The notes beneath the pieces are model-generated. The model did no database searches, had not been told where the DNA came from, and saw nothing but the letters and a program-made list of their open reading frames with translations. Positions 53,614-61,919 of a stretch of 61,919 bases of DNA are shown piece by piece. Position 1 is the first letter of the stretch. The number at the start of each line of letters is the position of its first letter. Source of the DNA: a virus (Duplodnaviria > Caudoviricetes); IMG/VR virus record IMGVR_UViG_3300048574_000485, positions 1 through 61,919 of that record, one strand, 5' to 3'. A program made the position numbers and the translations under genes.

Positions 53614-54209
53614 TTCAACCTCCAGGGTGCTTGCAGGATGCCTCTTTTCCGCTCCGTGCGGATCAGTCGGTTGGGACTCCAGCGGCTGATATGATCGGTC
53701 TGGAAAACACCAAGAACCGTATGCGCCGCACATACCCATTCACTGCAGAAGATCGCGCTCAGGTCGGCTGGCCACAATTTGGACTCCAGCCAGGACCATC
53801 CGAGGCCTCCTGCTCGGACAGCTCCAATCGAGTCGTAAGGCATCCCAAGGGTGGATAGGAGGAACTCGCTCAATCGCTCCCGCTCAAAGTCATAAAGCAG
53901 GCGGTACAGTGGGTAGTGCCATATCTTGCCGCAATAGCCCTTCACTCGCTCTTCCAGGGCAACGGCTTTGGTGCCGGGGATATCGATTCCTTGAATCGCA
54001 CAGGGGATGTCAGACAGGACAGTGGACTCAAACAACAGGAGTTGGTCCGCATAGTCTGCCATGACCCCGACATGGCTGATGGACCAGTATGGGATGCCGT
54101 AGGTGGCCAGATTGATGAAGGCACTGAGCCAGCAATCCCCGGAAAAACCAATAACGTCACCAGCTCGGATGATGGGGTGAAAGCCGTTGGTTACCGTGGG
54201 CATCGTCAC
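53610..54209 (-). CDS. permuted papain-like NlpC/P60 enzyme (YiiX/YaeF-like)
   Basis: RAGDVIGF, SHVGV, LFES, LGMPYD, IFCSEWV (His precedes Cys). Confidence 0.78.
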   Translation of the reverse strand: MTMPTVTNGFHPIIRAGDVIGFSGDCWLSAFINLATYGIPYWSISHVGVMADYADQLLLFESTVLSDIPCAIQGIDIPGTKAVALEERVKGYCGKIWHYPLYRLLYDFERERLSEFLLSTLGMPYDSIGAVRAGGLGWSWLESKLWPADLSAIFCSEWVCAAHTVLGVFQTDHISRWSPNRLIRTERKRGILQAPWRLK

Positions 54210-54363
54210 CCCTCCCCTTCGATTCTTGCCAGGAGGTGACCTTCACTCGCCTGCTGTACCCGTGATATCGCTTCGCACCCTCTGCGTAGCAGTCTTCGCA
54301 GCGAGTCTCATTGCTGTAGGTCACGATCTTTCCGCAGGCACACCAAACTGGAAGATTCACCAT
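54157..54363 (-). CDS. small zinc-finger protein
   Basis: CACG...CEDC. Confidence 0.5.
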   Translation of the reverse strand: MVNLPVWCACGKIVTYSNETRCEDCYAEGAKRYHGYSRRVKVTSWQESKGRGDDAHGNQRLSPHHPSW

Positions 54364-54437
54364 CGCCCTCGCAAGAAAGAGGAGACGCCTCGGAAACGAG
54401 GCGTCAAATCAGAGACTCCGCCCGAAGAGGCTGATCT

Positions 54438-55007
54438 CTAGCTGGACGGTAACGCTTTCGGTGGCTCGGTCGAATTGCCCGTGGCCTGAACCGAGGCCAC
54501 GATCCGCTCAACCACGCGGTCCACGATCATCTCAAACCCTTCAATCTCCTCCAGCTCCTCGGCCACGATCATGCACATTTCCTGGCCCAGTCGGAGCACG
54601 GTCTGCCTGGACAGCAGGGTGCCAAGGTTCTGCTTCAGCTGCTCGGCACTCTTAACCAGACGCTCCATTGTCAGGAGCAACTGATTCAAGGGACCACAAG
54701 CCGCCAGCAGATCTGCGTCGTTCTGAATCAGGTTGAATCGACGCTCGATCAGCATGTGGGTCAGGGCAATTGCGTCCCGCAGCTCGCGGATCGGCTCTTG
54801 ATCCACCGACAACTGCGCCAAACGGAGCCGATCCTGGGCCTGAGCCAGGAGGTACGAACGCATATCCTCGGCGGCCGCCGTGCTCTTGCCGCCGTGAAAG
54901 AGGCAAAACTCCGAGCCGCGTTCCGCTTCGTTGGAGCACTGCCCATCGGGAGCTGCCGACTTGCAGCGTCGGGGGTCTGCCGGATCTATTACGCGTCGTA
55001 CTTGCAC
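54438..55007 (-). CDS. terS: terminase small subunit (HGGxS-type zinc finger)
   Basis: RCKSA...QC...FCLFHGGKS followed by helical region; first gene of the late operon. Confidence 0.6.
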   Translation of the reverse strand: MQVRRVIDPADPRRCKSAAPDGQCSNEAERGSEFCLFHGGKSTAAAEDMRSYLLAQAQDRLRLAQLSVDQEPIRELRDAIALTHMLIERRFNLIQNDADLLAACGPLNQLLLTMERLVKSAEQLKQNLGTLLSRQTVLRLGQEMCMIVAEELEEIEGFEMIVDRVVERIVASVQATGNSTEPPKALPSS

Positions 55008-55024
55008 TCGGTAGTCCTCACATA

Positions 55025-55056
55025 GATAGGTAGGAAAAAACGCGAGAAAATTCTCA
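55025..55056 (-). promoter_or_regulatory. phage-specific promoter motif, copy C (morphogenesis operon)
   Basis: TGAGAAT-N15-CCTACCTATC on the minus strand. Confidence 0.65.
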
Positions 55057-55182
55057 CAAATTCGGGAGATTTCGCCAAAATGGCGTGAATACTGCCATCG
55101 ACGCGTCGAAAAACCCAAGAAAGTTGCGGGGGTCTTTTTGCGTTAACTAGATAGGGGCGCAATTTCGGCCCGGAGCGAAGGC

Positions 55183-55659
55183 ATGAAGCCAAAGCTAGAA
55201 ATGACAGCTGAAGTCACGTATCGAGTTCACTACCAGAAGTTGGAAGACTTTCTGGCCCAGGTCTATGCCATGAAGGAGTTCGACTTCCTCCTGGCGACAG
55301 GTCTGACAGGAGGCAACTGCCCTGAGTACGTCGTCACCGGATCGTTCTCGGAGACTGCCTGGAACCTGCAGCGACAGGTGAAACGGATCCGGCAGGGGTG
55401 CAAATCGAAGAATGTGCCCTTGATTCTCAACGTCCTGGCAGTTGATGGATACATCCCGACAGGCAAGTACGTTGTCGACACTCGCCCGAAGGTGCCACCG
55501 CTCAGGCAATACCGTGCGTTGCTCCAGGTGACGGGCAACCCGGATCACCCATCATGCCTGGCGATCAAGAAGGCCAACAAGCACGACAAGCAGTTCATCG
55601 AAAGGGCCACTTCCCTCGACCTGATCTGCCTCGAGCAGCGAGGACCGAAATGCGAATAG
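55183..55659 (+). CDS. hypothetical protein (158 aa)
   Basis: ORF with plausible RBS. Confidence 0.6.
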   Translation: MKPKLEMTAEVTYRVHYQKLEDFLAQVYAMKEFDFLLATGLTGGNCPEYVVTGSFSETAWNLQRQVKRIRQGCKSKNVPLILNVLAVDGYIPTGKYVVDTRPKVPPLRQYRALLQVTGNPDHPSCLAIKKANKHDKQFIERATSLDLICLEQRGPKCE

Positions 55660-55889
55660 GCCAGCTGCTGCTGGTCCTCAGCTTGGCGGGCAATGCCCTG
55701 CTGCTCTACGACCGGTACGGGCAGGTGCCGGTCGTGGAGACCAAGCTGCCGCCAGCCCCCATTCGGGTCAAGAGGCAGGGCGAGCCGGTTCTCCCGCCAG
55801 TCCCCCCGCCTCTGTCGCCCGTACCAGTTCCAATGAGAGGATCGGCCGTCGACCGGATCGACGTGCCAGACCGTATCCCCACTGATTAA
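55650..55889 (+). CDS. small membrane-anchored Pro-rich protein
   Basis: GAGGA RBS; MRIGQLLLVLSLAGNALLLY. Confidence 0.55.
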   Translation: MRIGQLLLVLSLAGNALLLYDRYGQVPVVETKLPPAPIRVKRQGEPVLPPVPPPLSPVPVPMRGSAVDRIDVPDRIPTD

Positions 55890-55892
55890 TCC

Positions 55893-56321
55893 CTATCCCT
55901 TGCGACGTTTGCGAGGAGTCTTCGGCGGCACCAGGGCCGACTTAACCCTCTCAACCTCGTCGCAGATGAGTTGTAGCGCGTGAATCACAATTCTCGCCTC
56001 CTTGATCACATAGCGACTGCCCACCTGGACGCCATGGACAAACATCTCGGCGCGAGGGTGTCGACGGCTGCCCCCGGGCGGGCGTATCTCCGCTACGAAC
56101 TCCAGACTCTGATGACGGCTAGGGGCGTGGAACGGACGTAGCGTCAGCCGGACGCCCCAATCGGTCTCACTGCGGTCAATCGCAGATAGCATCGAGCATC
56201 TTGCCTCTTCTCCGTCTCGCCCTCGCTGGTCGAACCTGGCCCTCAAACACATATACGTATTTTTGACGTGGAATCTGTCACGAAATCTCGTTCTTTCTCG
56301 AATCTGCCGTTTTTTGCTCAC
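55893..56321 (-). CDS. basic hypothetical protein
   Basis: 142-aa ORF; start uncertain. Confidence 0.45.
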   Translation of the reverse strand: MSKKRQIRERTRFRDRFHVKNTYMCLRARFDQRGRDGEEARCSMLSAIDRSETDWGVRLTLRPFHAPSRHQSLEFVAEIRPPGGSRRHPRAEMFVHGVQVGSRYVIKEARIVIHALQLICDEVERVKSALVPPKTPRKRRKG

Positions 56322-56430
56322 AGAGGGTTGAACCCCCTGGAAAGAATTCCTAGACTTCCTCCAGCGCTCCCGTAGAAACAGCGTACAAATCCAGGATTCT
56401 CACCGTCGCTCGGACAGAGAAGGGGGATCA

Positions 56431-57531
56431 ATGCAGGATCTTACCCAGCCGCTCTCCAGGATCACCGATCCGGTCGTCGCCAACCTTGTTGGAATGTACT
56501 GCCAGGACGATGGCACGACGCATCCCTGGTTCAAGCGACGACTTCGTCAGCAGCCCGAGAGCGTGCAGAAGGATGTCTGGAAATGGATCGAAGCTCTCAG
56601 CCTGAGAGAACGCCGCGACCAGCTCCTCAAGCAGCGGAGGCTGGAAGGCAAGGCGTCGATCCTGGAAGAAGAGGAATGGGACCGGCTGGCTGAAATCGTC
56701 CTGACATCTCAGTTGAAGTCCCCTCAGCTGTCTCTCGCCAAGCTCGCCAATCGAGCCATCTCGCAGTTCCCCAAGCACCGGCAGGTGCGGCTGACAGGAA
56801 GGAACATCAGGCCTCTCGTAGCGCGGATCCGAGAGCATCTGGAACGCCTGAACGCAACCGAAAAGCGTCTGCATACCGTCGAGGCCAAGCTGAAGGGCAT
56901 CGAGGAGGCACCGACCAAACGGGAGATCCTCGAAGGTCTCTCCGATCCCGAGGTGGTTCGGCACTTTGGCGAACGGATCTTCCAACTGCTGACGCCAAGC
57001 CAGATCCTCAGCAACCTGGACGACGAAACGATCACCGACCATGTGCCGACTCCCAGGCTGATCGGCAAGGCGATTGAACGTGGGCTGGAAGCCTATGAGG
57101 AAGCCACACTCGGACTGCGAGAGTCGATCCGAGACTTGCAGGATCAGATCGCAGAGGCCGCAGCCTTCCAAGCCCAAGGACAAACCCGAGCCGCCGCGCG
57201 GACTCCCGTGAAACCGGCATCACCTTCACTTCCCCGCGTGGCGCTGCTCGGGCCTTTAAGTGGTCAGGCCCATATCATCTGCAAGAAGCTAGAAGGCCGG
57301 GCACGGTTTGAGACCGTCGACAAGAATCAGCTGGAAGCTGGCCGAGCCATGCCTACAGGCTGTCAGTATGTGGTCGTCTGGGTCGACTTCGTCCCGCCCG
57401 CCACCCAGACGCTGATCTGTGACCGGAATCCAGGTGCCATGCTGGTTAGGCACCATGGGGGTGTCACAGGGCTGGTTCGGAAACTCGATATGTTCCTCCC
57501 CGTGACAGAAGGAAGCCCGGTGCTGCGATGA
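56431..57531 (+). CDS. helical protein with C-terminal alpha/beta (DUF2325-like) domain
   Basis: RVALLGPL...YVVVWVDFV...HHGGVTGL. Confidence 0.65.
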   Translation: MQDLTQPLSRITDPVVANLVGMYCQDDGTTHPWFKRRLRQQPESVQKDVWKWIEALSLRERRDQLLKQRRLEGKASILEEEEWDRLAEIVLTSQLKSPQLSLAKLANRAISQFPKHRQVRLTGRNIRPLVARIREHLERLNATEKRLHTVEAKLKGIEEAPTKREILEGLSDPEVVRHFGERIFQLLTPSQILSNLDDETITDHVPTPRLIGKAIERGLEAYEEATLGLRESIRDLQDQIAEAAAFQAQGQTRAAARTPVKPASPSLPRVALLGPLSGQAHIICKKLEGRARFETVDKNQLEAGRAMPTGCQYVVVWVDFVPPATQTLICDRNPGAMLVRHHGGVTGLVRKLDMFLPVTEGSPVLR

Positions 57532-57621
57532 TTGGCGTGTGCTCAGGATGCGGCGCAGAGATTCTAGGTCGGTATGTGGTCGACGGTAGTGGAGCGGTCT
57601 ACCATCCAGCCTGCTACGTGT

Positions 57622-58041
57622 TCATACACCTGGGATCGGTGGACGAAGCTGATCTGGAGGGTAATACTTCTTCCGAAACTCCAGATCGGCCCGCTTCAGC
57701 GCCAGGGCAAACTCTACAGCCTCGGTAGATCCTGCGACGGTCTCACGCCACTTGGCGACCAGGGACATGGGCGCGTCCCAGTAGTAGGACACCGCACGGT
57801 GCGATTCCTCCACGATAGCTCGCACCAGATCGCCGCAGAGGATCGGACGCCTCCCGTGATAGGGTCGCCCAGCTGACCCGGAACTGGTCGGCTTGCACAT
57901 TGGCCACGGCTGCAGGGCCTTGCTGAAGCCGGCAACTTTCACGTCCCCAAAAAGCTCGCAGTGCAGGGTGTCTCCTACCTTGCACGGCGGAGGATTGTAG
58001 GGACCTGAGAGGAGAATTGGTGCCCGCACTTTCTTAGGCAT
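57622..58041 (-). CDS. hypothetical protein with HTH-like C-terminus
   Basis: overlaps the recombinase stop; ESHRAVSYYWDAPMSLVAKWR. Confidence 0.6.
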   Translation of the reverse strand: MPKKVRAPILLSGPYNPPPCKVGDTLHCELFGDVKVAGFSKALQPWPMCKPTSSGSAGRPYHGRRPILCGDLVRAIVEESHRAVSYYWDAPMSLVAKWRETVAGSTEAVEFALALKRADLEFRKKYYPPDQLRPPIPGV

Positions 58042-58747
58042 TGGTCAGCTCTCCCTCCTGCTTGAACCGCTTGAGAATCCTGCTCAAAGTCGGAGCGTTG
58101 AAAGGTTTCCCCTCCTGGTTCGTCAGCCCCTCGCCATTGAGGATCTCGGCGATCTCACGCAGGGACTTGCCCTTCTCCTGGAGCTGCACGACTCGCGGCA
58201 CGATAACAAGCCGGTATGCATCCAGAGTGCGTTCGGTCTTCAGACGAGCAGCTGCGGCGCAGGCCTGCTTGGTTCCCCGCAGGTGTTCCCGCCCCTTCCA
58301 ATGTCCTGGCCGAGCCGATCCGAGCTTCACGCCGCGACGAACGGCAGCTGCAAGAGCATCCTTGGTCCGCTGACGAATACGCTTCGCTTCATCTTCGGCC
58401 ACGGCCGCCAGAATGTGAATCGTGAGCGGGGTGGCATGAGGGTTGTCGCAGCAGACAAAGTCGATACCCGAATTCATCAAGGTCGCGATGAACTGAACAT
58501 TGCGAGCCAGCCGGTCAAGTTTGGCGACCACCAGCTTCGCGCCTGAAGCGTGGCAATAGGCGATAGCTTCTTTCAGGGTGACGCGGTCGCCAGTCGTACC
58601 GGTCTCAATCTCGACAAACTCCTTAATGATCTTGCCGTGGTCACTCTTGGCATACTTCTCCACAGTATCTCGCTGGGCCTCCAGACCGAGACCTGATTTG
58701 CCTTGCTTCTTGCCACTAACCCGGAGGAGTGAGACGAGCTTGTTCAT
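58034..58747 (-). CDS. serine recombinase (resolvase/invertase family)
   Basis: LRVSGKKQ, GLEAQR, VAKLDRLARN, EDEAKRIRQRTK, C-terminal SLREIAEILNGEG. Confidence 0.92.
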   Translation of the reverse strand: MNKLVSLLRVSGKKQGKSGLGLEAQRDTVEKYAKSDHGKIIKEFVEIETGTTGDRVTLKEAIAYCHASGAKLVVAKLDRLARNVQFIATLMNSGIDFVCCDNPHATPLTIHILAAVAEDEAKRIRQRTKDALAAAVRRGVKLGSARPGHWKGREHLRGTKQACAAAARLKTERTLDAYRLVIVPRVVQLQEKGKSLREIAEILNGEGLTNQEGKPFNAPTLSRILKRFKQEGELTNA

Positions 58748-58793
58748 CGGAGTACCTCATCGCAGTTACGTGTCCTTTGACGTTGCCGAATCA

Positions 58794-58821
58794 ATACTAC
58801 CACACTGTCACCACCTGTCAA
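58794..58821 (-). promoter_or_regulatory. sigma70-type promoter for the recombinase
   Basis: TTGACA-N16-TAGTAT with extended -10 TG. Confidence 0.7.
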
Positions 58822-58955
58822 CTTCATGGATTCATCGTTCTCTCTTTGCGAGATAAGTGGTAGAAAAGGATTACGGATTGCAGAACCTGTCAAAGGATAT
58901 GTAACAAAATCTACGATCTAGATGCGCCCCAGATATCGAACTCGGCGGGGGTTGG

Positions 58956-59387
58956 ATGGAAAAGAAGGACGGACTCGGTACTGAACAACCATTGGATATC
59001 GATTGTCCGATGGTTCAAGCATGGAAGGCAGGCACGACTAGGTATAGACCTGTCTTCCGAGGCAGATCTCTAGAGATAGAGAACGGCAGCGTAGAGGTCA
59101 CGCTCCGCAATCTCAGAGAGATCGATCGGGAGATAGGCCTCAGAAGCCGAGTGACAAATATCCTGGTAGGTCCGAGAAGACAGACTCTCATAGTCTTCTC
59201 CTCTGGAGAGACCTATCTGGCCACAGGATTCTCTGTAGGTTCCTCGGATATGAAGGTGAGGGGTTTGGCCGAATTCGTGCGCGATACACATCTCTCACAG
59301 GACTCCGTAGCTGAGATTTTTGAGACTCTTGCGAGTCTCCCCGAGGAGTACGAGGGAGACCTTCCATTCGACAACCTGCCCCTGTAG
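58956..59387 (+). CDS. hypothetical protein (143 aa)
   Basis: isolated ORF with distinct purine-rich composition. Confidence 0.55.
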   Translation: MEKKDGLGTEQPLDIDCPMVQAWKAGTTRYRPVFRGRSLEIENGSVEVTLRNLREIDREIGLRSRVTNILVGPRRQTLIVFSSGETYLATGFSVGSSDMKVRGLAEFVRDTHLSQDSVAEIFETLASLPEEYEGDLPFDNLPL

Positions 59388-59672
59388 CAGCTGACTGAGC
59401 CCCAGCTCGCCGCCCGCCCTGGCCCCCTTTCTGCTGCTCATCGCCACCAGATGATTTTCGTATCATCGGTGATCGAGGTCCGCAGACCTCCGCTACCCTG
59501 GATTTTCGACGCGTCACTACCTCGTCACGCAGCACCCGTGCGCGAGCATAGGGCTGCTGGTTTTGACGATTGCAGGGGTGGTATCGGTTTTGCGATTTGA
59601 CCCCACCCCCAGCTGCTGGCCTGACCGCCCCGATCTTGGCCCCTCTTCAGATGTGACGAGTAGACTGCGGGG

Positions 59673-59712
59673 TGTTACGTGTCCTTTGTTGTTCAACGAA
59701 GGACACGTAACA
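59673..59712. repeat. near-perfect palindrome of the AAGGACACGTAACA motif
   Basis: TGTTACGTGTCCTT-tgttgttcaacg-AAGGACACGTAACA. Confidence 0.8.
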
Positions 59713-60252
59713 GCAACGAAATCAATGCCGACAAGTCTAATGCCATCAATAACTTATGTGACTGCATTGCTTGTTGGCTGTCGCACAATGGCCCACAACT
59801 CCAGGCGGAGAAGGGTGGCGATAGCAATGGCCGTGCCGGTTCCGCATATCCCGGCCAGCCACCCCCTCGTATGGGTTGATTTGAGGGCCGCGTATCCTCC
59901 CCTTTGGCTCGCTATCACACCTAAGAGGGGTAAGCCTGACGCGTAGGTACCCCACTAACTGCGCGTGAGAGTTACCGGGAATGCTAGCAGGGTTACCCTA
60001 CCGTGATGCTGATGATAACGCCCTAAGTCTTTACTAATACTGTATTTAGTTATTTGAGTTAACGAGGTAACCAAGTAACACTATTAATACTAAGACTAAG
60101 AAAGAAAATATTAAAGCTTTATAAAGATAAAGGGAAACGGACAGTAACTCATTAACTCCCGCCGGTCACCTGCCCCCGCCGATCGCCTGCCCCGCTGATC
60201 GCCCTAACATGCAGGCAGCAATGTCACTTGCAGCAATTCAGCCAGCAATTGC

Positions 60253-60280
60253 TTGACAGCGACAACGGATGAACTAGTCT
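60253..60280 (+). promoter_or_regulatory. sigma70-type early promoter
   Basis: TTGACA-N16-TAGTCT. Confidence 0.7.
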
Positions 60281-60338
60281 TCTGTTGGCGGGGCAACGAC
60301 AACGGACACGTAACACCGCCTGAGGGACACAAGAGACC

Positions 60339-60572
60339 ATGCCGCAACGGCAGCAAAGGTGGACCCCGTCAAAGGTGATGCGCACACGATCGGTCGATTC
60401 GGTTCAATCGGAGGTTCGGAATATGATTACGGTATCGCGTTGGAAGCACTACGTTTTCGCCACCTATCGGTATGGCACCGTCGTGATCGAATATTCCGGC
60501 CTTACTGAACATGAGGCGGTTTCCCGCCTCGCCGAGGGGCTCAAGAAGCAAGGTATTACTCTGGAGGGTTAG
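60339..60572 (+). CDS. small early protein
   Basis: follows the promoter; start may be 60423. Confidence 0.5.
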   Translation: MPQRQQRWTPSKVMRTRSVDSVQSEVRNMITVSRWKHYVFATYRYGTVVIEYSGLTEHEAVSRLAEGLKKQGITLEG

Positions 60573-60576
60573 ACGA

Positions 60577-60795
60577 ATGAAAAGAGCTGAACAACTCACC
60601 ACGGAAGAATTGCGGGCGATTGTCAACGATCTGCAAGAGCTGCTGTATCTGGACATTGTGAGCGACGAAACGGGGGACACCGATGCCTGGAACCCCAACA
60701 AGGAATGGGATTGCTGCGACATTTGCGCAGGGCTGTCTGCTCTTGCACGGGAGCATGAACTAGTCCCGGATAGAGTGACCCCGCTGGAGGGCTGA
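60577..60795 (+). CDS. small early protein
   Basis: GGAGG RBS; WNPNKEWDCCD. Confidence 0.6.
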   Translation: MKRAEQLTTEELRAIVNDLQELLYLDIVSDETGDTDAWNPNKEWDCCDICAGLSALAREHELVPDRVTPLEG

Positions 60796-60798
60796 TCA

Positions 60799-61035
60799 AT
60801 GTGCGTCACCTATACGATTCCAGTAGGCGCGGGGTGTCTAAAGAAGAATTCAGACGGCTCATTGTCTGCTGTAACACCCGATGGCGCGTGCGATACTCCC
60901 GCCCGATATCCGGACGGGACAATGGTTTGGGGCATTCCCAAGAGGATTCCAGCCTACCTCAAGCAAGCGCTAACTGCTGAGCTAAACGAAGCTATTAAGA
61001 ACGGGGTAGGATACTCTAACGATAGGTTGCAATAG
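60799..61035 (+). CDS. small early protein
   Basis: GGAGG RBS. Confidence 0.55.
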   Translation: MCVTYTIPVGAGCLKKNSDGSLSAVTPDGACDTPARYPDGTMVWGIPKRIPAYLKQALTAELNEAIKNGVGYSNDRLQ

Positions 61036-61063
61036 ACGTTGCGACCATTCCACGCCAAATTGC

Positions 61064-61091
61064 TTGACAGCGACAACGGATGGACTAGGCT
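61064..61091 (+). promoter_or_regulatory. sigma70-type early promoter (near-duplicate of 60253)
   Basis: TTGACA-N16-TAGGCT; nearly identical spacer. Confidence 0.7.
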
Positions 61092-61141
61092 TTGAGTGGC
61101 AGAGCAACGACAAAGGACATGCAACAGCAGAGGTGGCACCA

Positions 61142-61609
61142 ATGGGATGGCTCTTCACGCACGGCGCAACCCGATCGGACATTATCAAGAGTCGGATCAA
61201 GACAGAAGAGAACGAAACCAGACGCTATGAGACTCTGAAGCATTGCCTCGTGGGCAACGTCCTTTGGACCGTCAACCGAATCACGGTCAAAGAGACTGGG
61301 GAGGAAAAGCTTTTCATCGGTTGCGATCTGCTCAGAGCGCAGCGAGGGTACGGGTGGGGCTACAAGGACATGGAAGAATCCAGCCACCCCTTTTACTACT
61401 CCTGCCCTCTTGCCTACCTAGAAATGGTCCCCGAAAAATGCGCGGCATGGCGGGAAGGGGTCCGCAAGTATCATCGCAAGCTTGTTGTCGGCCAAACCTA
61501 CAAGCTTGCCAATTGCCGCATCCCCGAGATTACCATCACTAGCTTGCGCCCCTTGTGCGGCCAGTATGGTGGATTGACCTACCGAATCCGCAAGGCGTTG
61601 ATCGCTTGA
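61142..61609 (+). CDS. DUF6927-like mobile-element protein
   Basis: MGWLF...WGYKDMEESSHPFYYSCP...WREGVR. Confidence 0.65.
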   Translation: MGWLFTHGATRSDIIKSRIKTEENETRRYETLKHCLVGNVLWTVNRITVKETGEEKLFIGCDLLRAQRGYGWGYKDMEESSHPFYYSCPLAYLEMVPEKCAAWREGVRKYHRKLVVGQTYKLANCRIPEITITSLRPLCGQYGGLTYRIRKALIA

Positions 61610-61661
61610 CGCCAGCGCTTCATGGTCGGGAAACATCGCAGAGACAGAAGGATAAGCAACA

Positions 61662-61919
61662 ATGGCCACCACCACCCGTAAAGCCCGCAAGTCGGTCAGC
61701 CGCAAGCCCGCTATCCAGAGCAATGGTTGCATTCTGTACGAAGGACCGTCCGCGCTTGATGGAAGCCCGATTGTAGTGGTCCTAGTCGGTCTCAAGCGAC
61801 GGTCCAAGAATCCGAAAACCGGGGCCATGGTCCAGATGTATATTCTCCGCGCCGACATGCACCCGATTGACGCAATCCGCGCGGGGGAAGATAAGTCCAT
61901 TTGCGGGAACTGCCCTCAT
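61662..61919 (+). CDS. conserved phage early protein (truncated by window end)
   Basis: ILYEGPSALDGSPIVV...NPKTGAMVQMYIL...ICGNCP. Confidence 0.7.
   Translation, partial: MATTTRKARKSVSRKPAIQSNGCILYEGPSALDGSPIVVVLVGLKRRSKNPKTGAMVQMYILRADMHPIDAIRAGEDKSICGNCPH

Noticed and set aside
58034-58747. Large serine integrase marking a prophage boundary
   Set aside because: Only 237 aa with no zinc-ribbon domain; phage-like genes continue on both sides and no host genes are visible
58765-61136. CRISPR mini-array
   Set aside because: Repeats are short, irregularly spaced, in both orientations and tied to promoters

Overview
The window is about 62 kb of a GC-rich tailed dsDNA phage with a siphovirus-like, non-contractile tail. 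It has four blocks. (1) 1-17.9 kb (-): replication and nucleotide metabolism, including a DNA methyltransferase, MazG, class II RNR, PD-(D/E)XK nucleases, a sigma-like factor, a divergent PolA, two ParB-like proteins, a metallophosphoesterase, an SF2 helicase, a tRNA-Asn and several structured intergenic RNAs. (2) 18.2-24.6 kb (+): primase-helicase, dNMP kinase, DEDDh exonuclease and three Cys-rich ORFs. (3) 24.8-55.0 kb (-): morphogenesis, from TerS through portal, scaffold, capsid, neck, tail tube, frameshifted chaperone and tape measure to tail tip and fibre. (4) 55-62 kb: early/accessory genes with a serine recombinase and sigma70-type promoters. The most unusual elements are: a cassette of exported thioredoxin-fold proteins and papain-like peptidases between TerS and TerL, with no recognisable glycosidase endolysin; a cluster of structured RNAs that includes a tRNA-like molecule with an oversized anticodon arm; a fixed-spacing promoter motif heading the three main operons; shared N-terminal leaders on capsid and scaffold; catalytic-motif substitutions in PolA, the MTase and a ThyX-like protein; and a DNA-ligase relic. 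A Planctomycetota host is only an inference. All functional calls come from motif reading by eye; no searches were run, and start codons are best guesses.
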